From contig JAFTMJ010000003.1 of assembly GCA_017452475.1 (NCBI GenBank), forward strand, positions 1-63,653: a DNA stretch of 63,653 nt. Direction: 5' to 3'. Shown here piece after piece: positions 57,319-63,653 of this stretch (position 1 is its first letter; every line of letters starts with the position of its first letter). The notes below the pieces were generated by a model. The model saw only the letters and a list, made by a program, of their open reading frames with translations, ran no database searches and had not been told where the DNA came from. This DNA comes from Clostridia bacterium. GTDB lineage: Bacteria; Bacillota; Clostridia; Oscillospirales; CAG-272. Position numbers and translations under genes: made by a program.

Positions 57319-58827
57319 ATGAACAAATTTGCGAAGCTTCTCGGCTATGATCCTGTTGAGAAGCAAACAAACGTCAAAACAGAAATCATTGCCGGCATCG
57401 TTACATTCTTGGCAATGGCGTATATTTTGACAGTTAACCCCGCGCAGATCCTTGTTGGTATGGAAAACGCCGGTGCTTATTGGCCTTCCGTATTTATGGC
57501 AACTGCAATCGGCGCGGTAATCGGCACACTTTTAATGGCATTCGTGGCTAAAATGCCGCTTGCACAGGCATCAGGTATGGGTCTTAACTCATTGCTTGGC
57601 GGTCTCATTGCAATGTGGGCAGCAACCAGCTACGGCGTTCGCTTTACAATCGGTCAGGCGTTCGCTATGGTTCTTATCTCAGGTATTATTTTCTTGCTTT
57701 TGTCTGTTGTAAAAATCAAGGGCAAGACCTTCCGTGAGCTTGTGTTTGACGGTATGCCTGTTGCGGTAAGGAGCGCTATCTCAGTTGGTATCGGCTTGTT
57801 CATTGCATACATCGGCTTCCAAAACGCAGGTGTAGTTGTTTTCAATTCATACACACAGGTTGGCTTTGTTGATCTTACAAACTGGGGTCTTCAAATAGTT
57901 AACTACGGTAACCCACCAGCCTTCGCTGCAAAGACAGCAGTTGTTGCTCTTATCGGCTTGTTCTTAATAGCTATTCTTGACAAGCTTAAGGTTAAGGGCT
58001 CTGTTATTTTCGGTATTCTTGGCGCAACAATCGTTGGTATTCCTTTCGGCGTTACAAACATCGATGCTCTTACAAATGCAGAGGGCTGGATGTTCTGGAA
58101 GAACTTTGCTAATTTCTTCACAAGTGAAAACAGTGTTTTCTGTTCCTTCACCGATGTGTTTAAGACAGGCTTCCCATCAGAGTCCATATTCACAGTTATC
58201 ATGGTTATCATTACTATGTGTATGATTGATATGTTCGATACTATGGGTACAATCGTTGGCTGCTGTGGCGGTAACAGGGTTCTTTCTGATGAGAACGATA
58301 AGCCACACAACTACGGCAAGATTATGATGTCCGATGCTATCGCTACCTGCGCAGGCGCAGTAGTTGGTACATCCACAGTTACAACCTTCGTTGAGTCAGG
58401 CGCAGGCGTTAGCGCAGGCGGCAGAACAGGCTTGACAGCACTTTCAACAGCTTGTATGTTCTTCCTTGCTATGTTTGTTATGCCTATCTTCCAGGTTATC
58501 CCATCAGCTGCAACCGCGTCAGCTCTTATCTATGTTGGCGTTCTTATGATGAAGAACAACATTAAGAGTGTTGATTTCTCAACCGCTATTAACGCAACAA
58601 GCGCATTCTTGACAATAGTTGTTATGGTTCTTTCATACTCTATTACTAAGGGAATCGGTGTTGGCTTGGTTTCCTACACTGTTATGAGCGCAATCTTGTA
58701 TCTTGTTGAGCTTATCATTGCTTGCGTTAAGAAGACAGAGAAGCCAAAGTGGAATATTTCTGTTATTTCAATAATAGTTTCACTTCTATTCTGCGTATAC
58801 TTCTTTGTTCCAACAAACCTTTTCTAA
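57319..58827 (+). CDS. NCS2-family nucleobase permease (AzgA/PbuG-like)
   Basis: EIIAGIVTFLAMAYIL.VNP, ASGMGLN, DMFDTMGT, TVTTFVES.AGV..GGRTGLTA. Confidence 0.92.
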   Translation: MNKFAKLLGYDPVEKQTNVKTEIIAGIVTFLAMAYILTVNPAQILVGMENAGAYWPSVFMATAIGAVIGTLLMAFVAKMPLAQASGMGLNSLLGGLIAMWAATSYGVRFTIGQAFAMVLISGIIFLLLSVVKIKGKTFRELVFDGMPVAVRSAISVGIGLFIAYIGFQNAGVVVFNSYTQVGFVDLTNWGLQIVNYGNPPAFAAKTAVVALIGLFLIAILDKLKVKGSVIFGILGATIVGIPFGVTNIDALTNAEGWMFWKNFANFFTSENSVFCSFTDVFKTGFPSESIFTVIMVIITMCMIDMFDTMGTIVGCCGGNRVLSDENDKPHNYGKIMMSDAIATCAGAVVGTSTVTTFVESGAGVSAGGRTGLTALSTACMFFLAMFVMPIFQVIPSAATASALIYVGVLMMKNNIKSVDFSTAINATSAFLTIVVMVLSYSITKGIGVGLVSYTVMSAILYLVELIIACVKKTEKPKWNISVISIIVSLLFCVYFFVPTNLF

Positions 58828-58830
58828 AAT

Positions 58831-58869
58831 AAAAAAACGCATTAAGCCTTGCGCTTAATGCGTTTTTTT
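58831..58869. terminator. Bidirectional intrinsic terminator
   Basis: AAAAAAACGCATTAAGC-CTTGC-GCTTAATGCGTTTTTTT. Confidence 0.85.
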
Positions 58870-61268
58870 TATTTTGCAGGGATATCGTAAACGGATATTA
58901 CACAAATATCCTTTAAAAGCTCATCTGCACATATGTCAGTTTTAGCAAAAATCTTATAAGGCTTGTCTGTTGGCAAATCAAAGTAGTTGTCACTTAGCAC
59001 AAGGTCGTGGTGCTTAAAGGAAATTTCCACGCTCTTTGCAAGAGCGCAGGCAGAAAGGGTAAAGCATACTCCCTCATCCGTTTTTTCTGCCTCAATATGT
59101 ATTTTCGGGTCAAGGAGCTTAAAGTGCTTGGGCTTTTTGCCAAGCTCCACATTTCTTGAAACAAGCTCGCCTTGATTATTATAAAGCTCTGCGTAAAAAT
59201 ATGTGTCACGCATTCCGTCAAAGTCAGTGTTGGAAAAAGCGGCAGCATCCAAGGAGAAAAGGGCATTAACCGCCACAGGCACACGCTTTTCCCAAAGTAG
59301 AGTGAAGTCGTTTTTCATAACTCCTACAACAATGTAACCGTCAAATGTGGAAAGGCTTTCATTTGCAATATTAACGGTTATGCTCTCGCCCTCGTTAAAA
59401 AGACCTAAAGCAATAGTCTGGTAGAACCGCCTTGCAAAATAGTGTAGTGCCTTGTACCTGCCATAGTAGTCAATGCTTGACCAGGAGGCAACGGGCCAGC
59501 AATCGTTTAATTGCCAGTAGATGGAGCCCATGGTGTAGCCACGGCACCTTCTGAAATGCTCAACGCCGTACCTCATTGCATTTGCTTGGTTTAGCTGAGA
59601 GGCATAAACTGTCATTTCCAAATTCTTTGGCAGGGGGTATTCCTCCGCCAAGTAACGTATGAGCTTTACGTTTCCGTGCCAATGCTTTTGGTGCATCTCC
59701 ATAGTGTAGGAAAGAGGATTTAGCTCATCCTGCGGGCAAAAATCATATACTGTCTTAATGGAAGGCAAGCTTTCAAAGCCATATTCGGAGCAGAAGCGGA
59801 ATTTGTGGCGTCTGTACTCATAAAGCTCGCATCCGCCGTTCCAAACATCCCAAAAATGAACATCTCCGCGGGTATAATCCTTAGGATTGCTGAAATTGCC
59901 TCCCGAGGTGGGGCTTGATGATGTATAGGAAATCTGCGGCGCTATTTTGGCGCACATCGTAGGGAGCAGGTCCTCATATAGCCTTAGGTAATCTGCGCGC
60001 ACCTGTGGATCATCACCGTCTGTATCCTCCCAAAAGCAAAGAGCCTCCTCCATTTCGTTGTTGCCGCAGAGAACACCTAAGCAGGCGTGGTGGCGGATTC
60101 TTTTCACATTGTACTCAGCCTCCGCCATAATCTCCCTTTCAAATTCAGGTCGTAGCCAAACATTGGCGCAGGCAACCATAAAGTCCTGCCAAACAATAAG
60201 TCCGTACCTGTCGCATAAATCGTAAAAATAATCCTCGGGGTAAAAGGCGCCGCCCCAAATTCTTATGCAGTTAAAATTGGCAAAAATACAGTCCTGTATA
60301 AGCCCTTCGGTGCGCTCCTTGCTTAGGCGAGAGGTCAGGCTGTCCATTGGCACCATATTTGCACCCATTGCAAATATTTTTATGCCGTTTACCTTGAAGC
60401 AAAATTCCTGTCCGTATTCGTCATCCTCGCGGCTTAATCCAAGGGTGCGTAAGCCCACGGTCTTGGTCACTCTGTCAATGCATTCATTTCCCTTGTAAAG
60501 GCAAAACTCCAAGTCATATAAATTCTGCTCGCCGTACCCGTTTGGATACCACAGGCGAGGGCTTTCAAAGGTATATTCACCTTGTCCGTTAATAAGCTCA
60601 ACTCTTTGTCCCTCAACCACGCAAAAAGTCTGTAAATAAGACACAGAGTGGCGTGTTTTACATTCAAGAAAAACCCTAACCTTGCCGTTTTCGTGGTATT
60701 GCGTTATTTCAATATCCCCAAGCCTGTCATCGTTGTAGCACTCAACAGTTACCTTGCGGAAAATACCCATATTGGGAAGGGTTGGTGCCCAGTCCCATCC
60801 CGACATATAAAGCGCCTTTCTTAAATGCGCCGCGCCGGGTACTGTATCTCCGTTTGTATACAAATGGTGGCTTTTTTCCATTTTTTCAAAATACTCTAAA
60901 GGACTTTTGAAAAAGAGGCGAATTTCGTTTTTCTCCCTTGCCAATCCTCGTATGTTGTATTCATACATTCTGTGCATATTGAAAACACTGTCAAGCAGTG
61001 TGCCGTTGAAGTAAATATCGCATATGGTGTCAAGCCCGTAAAAGCGAAGCTCAATATGCTCCCGCAAAAGCTCATCCTTAGTAAGGTCAACGGTGGTGTA
61101 AAAAACGCAGTCATTGCGGGAGAGTTGGCTCAGTCTCTCCTCGTTTGTGCCATAGTAAGGCTCCTCTATTATTTTGTGGTCAAGCAGTACACTGTACATA
61201 TCACAAGGCACAGTACATTCAAGTCCACTGTGCGCCATAAAATCCATTTTCCAATTCTTAATTTCCAT
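58869..61268 (-). CDS. Glycoside hydrolase family 2, beta-mannosidase-like
   Basis: GLDTI, RKALYMSGWDW.P, WYPNGYGEQ.LY, IRIWGG, WQDF, CGNNE, SEYGFES, WQLND.WP; start set at MEIKN with GGAGG RBS. Confidence 0.9.
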   Translation of the reverse strand: MEIKNWKMDFMAHSGLECTVPCDMYSVLLDHKIIEEPYYGTNEERLSQLSRNDCVFYTTVDLTKDELLREHIELRFYGLDTICDIYFNGTLLDSVFNMHRMYEYNIRGLAREKNEIRLFFKSPLEYFEKMEKSHHLYTNGDTVPGAAHLRKALYMSGWDWAPTLPNMGIFRKVTVECYNDDRLGDIEITQYHENGKVRVFLECKTRHSVSYLQTFCVVEGQRVELINGQGEYTFESPRLWYPNGYGEQNLYDLEFCLYKGNECIDRVTKTVGLRTLGLSREDDEYGQEFCFKVNGIKIFAMGANMVPMDSLTSRLSKERTEGLIQDCIFANFNCIRIWGGAFYPEDYFYDLCDRYGLIVWQDFMVACANVWLRPEFEREIMAEAEYNVKRIRHHACLGVLCGNNEMEEALCFWEDTDGDDPQVRADYLRLYEDLLPTMCAKIAPQISYTSSSPTSGGNFSNPKDYTRGDVHFWDVWNGGCELYEYRRHKFRFCSEYGFESLPSIKTVYDFCPQDELNPLSYTMEMHQKHWHGNVKLIRYLAEEYPLPKNLEMTVYASQLNQANAMRYGVEHFRRCRGYTMGSIYWQLNDCWPVASWSSIDYYGRYKALHYFARRFYQTIALGLFNEGESITVNIANESLSTFDGYIVVGVMKNDFTLLWEKRVPVAVNALFSLDAAAFSNTDFDGMRDTYFYAELYNNQGELVSRNVELGKKPKHFKLLDPKIHIEAEKTDEGVCFTLSACALAKSVEISFKHHDLVLSDNYFDLPTDKPYKIFAKTDICADELLKDICVISVYDIPAK

Positions 61269-61477
61269 AAAACCCCTCCAAAAAGAGCAATATATACATA
61301 CTTTACCACAAAACCGAAAGCATTTCAATGACATTGAGCATAAATTATCATTTGAATTCAACTTTTTAAAGCAAAAAGGCGACCTGCATTTACGCAGCTC
61401 GCCATTACTTTGACTTGAATTAATGTACAAAATGTGATATAATAACAAAAAAGGAAATTTTTGGAGTGTGATATGAA

Positions 61478-62263
61478 TTGAACGGAAAGAACTATTCTAT
61501 CCCTTTTGGAATGGTGTTTAAAAGGTATTATTGTTCCAAATGCGGAACTAAGCTTGAAAAAGAAAAAACACATCGTGTGGTCACAAAGGATGATAAGGAT
61601 TATTATCAATATCATGAATTAGGAAATTTACCGCAAATAGACTATGACGTGTATGAATATAGATTCAAATGCCCATCTTGTCAATCAAGGATATCGTTTA
61701 ACGAGCAATGCGTTATTGAAAGAATTCAAAAAAAGCAACGCCAAAAAGCTCTGTCATCCACAGAAATAAAAGAGAATTATAGAGAATGTAAGCGAAAAAA
61801 TGACAAAAGAGTTTTGTGGAGAAATATAATAATTTCTGTAATTATGGGCTTGATTGTCTTTGCAGCATCCTATTTATTCAGTAGCGACAAAAGCTTTGAA
61901 AATCTTTGGAAATATGTCCTTATTTCTGCCGTTTTAATCGTCTTTATGGTAGTGTGTAGCATAAAAGGGTACAATGGTAGCCATAAGATGAAAATCAATA
62001 AAACATATTCCTATGAAAAAGAATCTTTATATAAAAAGATACATGCATATTCATCGCATAACAGAAAGCTAATCGAGGCTTCTGAAAAATGCCACTGCTT
62101 TTATTGTAAAGGTAGTATGAATAGCAGAGAAATAGTAGAATATATTGACCAAGGGCAAACCGCAATATGCCCAAAATGTGGAATCGATGCCATAGTGCCC
62201 GATGGTATCGATGAGAAAATAGACGATGCTTTGATTAACGAAATGCACGAATATTGGTTTTAA
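61478..62263 (+). CDS. Hypothetical 2-TM protein with Cys-rich domains at both ends
   Basis: CSKC...CPSC N-terminal; two TMs; H..SS.NR...CHCFYC...CPKCGID C-terminal; TTG start. Confidence 0.75.
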   Translation: MNGKNYSIPFGMVFKRYYCSKCGTKLEKEKTHRVVTKDDKDYYQYHELGNLPQIDYDVYEYRFKCPSCQSRISFNEQCVIERIQKKQRQKALSSTEIKENYRECKRKNDKRVLWRNIIISVIMGLIVFAASYLFSSDKSFENLWKYVLISAVLIVFMVVCSIKGYNGSHKMKINKTYSYEKESLYKKIHAYSSHNRKLIEASEKCHCFYCKGSMNSREIVEYIDQGQTAICPKCGIDAIVPDGIDEKIDDALINEMHEYWF

Positions 62264-62343
62264 CACTAAAATGACACCTTGCGGTGTCCACTTCGTAGTG
62301 GATAAAGATAGATGGAAACACTAGCAAAGAAGGATAAAACAAA

Positions 62344-63222
62344 ATGTCTAAAAAAAGGTTTTCTGTGAATATGGCGGACAAAATTGCACTTGTCATCTTA
62401 AGTAGCATTCCGTTTGTAGGTGCATTGTGTTTGTTTTTTAGTTACTATTTAGACGGTATTGGCTATATGTATCACAGACAAGACGCTGTTGACGCATTTT
62501 GCTGGGCTTGTGTAATTATTGCTTTATTACTTGCACTATTTATTTCAGTAATCGTATTTATGTTCAAGGGAAAGCGTGGTGTTAAAGCTACTTGTGCCAT
62601 ATTGCTGATTATATCCATTCCTGTATCTGTATGTGCAAGCTTAGCGGGGTTTGTCTGCAGCTTTTTCGGCAATGGTTGCTCTTATACTGATGATATTGCA
62701 AATTATGGAAAATATGACCGTGAAAACCCCATTGCATATTTTCCGCAAAGCATCACAAAAGATATGACTGTTATTGATTTTTCATATTTTTATAGGTATA
62801 TTGATACACATCAAACAGATATATACCTTGAGGTTAAATTTTCCGATAGAATCACTATGGAAAAATATTTGAATACGGCAAAAGCAGCTTTTTCGCAAAA
62901 GGGCTTTATAGAATATAAAAACCCATATAATTCAAAATATACCGATATAGTTGAAAATAACAGTGTGAAATATTCAGATGGTTATTGTGCTTCAAGTATA
63001 GAATTTGACGGAGATGCGGATTACAAATATGTTGAAATGACATACTATTCGGTTTCATATTCTTATGACGAATTAACAGTAATATATAATTATACAGATA
63101 TAGGAAGCGACATAAAATGCGGAAACTCCCCCGACAACGGCGAATATTATCCGCGCTTTCTTGCTCGTTTCAATGTAGAGTGGAGCAAAGCTAATAATTT
63201 TTCCCAAAAATGCAAAATATAA
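62344..63222 (+). CDS. Hypothetical membrane protein (3 TM plus soluble C-terminal domain)
   Basis: 292-aa ORF, AAGGA RBS, hydrophobic N-terminal third. Confidence 0.75.
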   Translation: MSKKRFSVNMADKIALVILSSIPFVGALCLFFSYYLDGIGYMYHRQDAVDAFCWACVIIALLLALFISVIVFMFKGKRGVKATCAILLIISIPVSVCASLAGFVCSFFGNGCSYTDDIANYGKYDRENPIAYFPQSITKDMTVIDFSYFYRYIDTHQTDIYLEVKFSDRITMEKYLNTAKAAFSQKGFIEYKNPYNSKYTDIVENNSVKYSDGYCASSIEFDGDADYKYVEMTYYSVSYSYDELTVIYNYTDIGSDIKCGNSPDNGEYYPRFLARFNVEWSKANNFSQKCKI

Positions 63223-63324
63223 AGGAGACAAGAGACAGAAAACAGTTTTTGTCTCCTTTTTTAACATCAAATTGATACCGTTTCGGTTAATTGTTGATAA
63301 GAGAAAAAATGTAATCATTGATAC

Positions 63325-63472
63325 GTTCCCCTTGAAAATGAGTTGCAACGAGCCTTTTGCTAGCGAGCCCACGAGAACCCCCAAAACTCATTCTTCGTGT
63401 TGGGGAACCCCTACCAACGCCTTTCGTCGCACTTGCGAACTCTATTCGTGGCAAAGCCACGAGCAGAAGTTC
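63325..63472. other. Structured intergenic element (ncRNA or dispersed palindromic repeat)
   Basis: Nested pairings GTTCCCC/GGGGAAC and AATGAGTT/AACTCATT; hairpin TCGTGGC-AAA-GCCACGA. Confidence 0.45.
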
Positions 63473-63653
63473 GAACGATGATTCATAGCCAACAAAAAAG
63501 ACAGGCACAAGACCAATATCATTAAGATAAGAAACGACAAAAAATAGAAAAAGCACCTATCAAAGATTTAACGCGATGATAGGTGCAATTTTTTTGTAAA
63601 ATAGGTATGACAAAAAAGAGGCAGTGAAAAACTGTCAAAAAAATATTGCAAAA

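Noticed and set aside
58869-61448. Longest-ORF starts given by the track (e.g. 61448, 6859, 11608, 37468, 49244, 25509, 28164)
   Set aside because: The extensions run through promoters or leaders and lack an RBS; downstream starts have an SD and match family N-termini
63287-63556. 89-aa minus-strand ORF and 63272-63481 plus-strand ORF
   Set aside because: No RBS or protein-like composition; they overlap the structured element and are probably incidental

Overview
AT-rich bacterial chromosomal window. Codon style, sigmaA-type TTGACA-N17-TATAAT promoters, a T-box, a THF riboswitch and ECF S-components point to Bacillota, probably a clostridial lineage (inference). It is mostly housekeeping and metabolic genes: thrS, a folT-folC fusion, wzm/wzt-type polysaccharide genes, mtaB, birA-bioY, ung, a type II pantothenate kinase, tRNA-Arg(CCG), fhs, tsaE-tsaB-rpiB-araA, argGHCJBDF, rarA, potAB plus a potC-potD fusion, an NCS2 permease and a GH2 beta-mannosidase. 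Small accessory islets sit between these. No transposase, integrase, cas gene or true CRISPR array is visible. Strongest leads: (1) a 48-bp second copy of the rarA 3' end that differs only by 4 synonymous changes and brackets a 100-bp hairpin element, resembling a site-specific integration scar; (2) a cassette of three 16-bp repeats at an exact 33-bp period, inverted repeats, a small Cys-rich protein and a 1001-aa Cys/His-repeat surface protein; (3) a modular motif-plus-hairpin array directly after tRNA-Arg; (4) a riboswitch-controlled FolT-FolC single-ORF fusion; (5) a four-gene metal-handling operon with a Fur-family-like operator. All product calls come from motif recognition by eye; no searches or folding were run.
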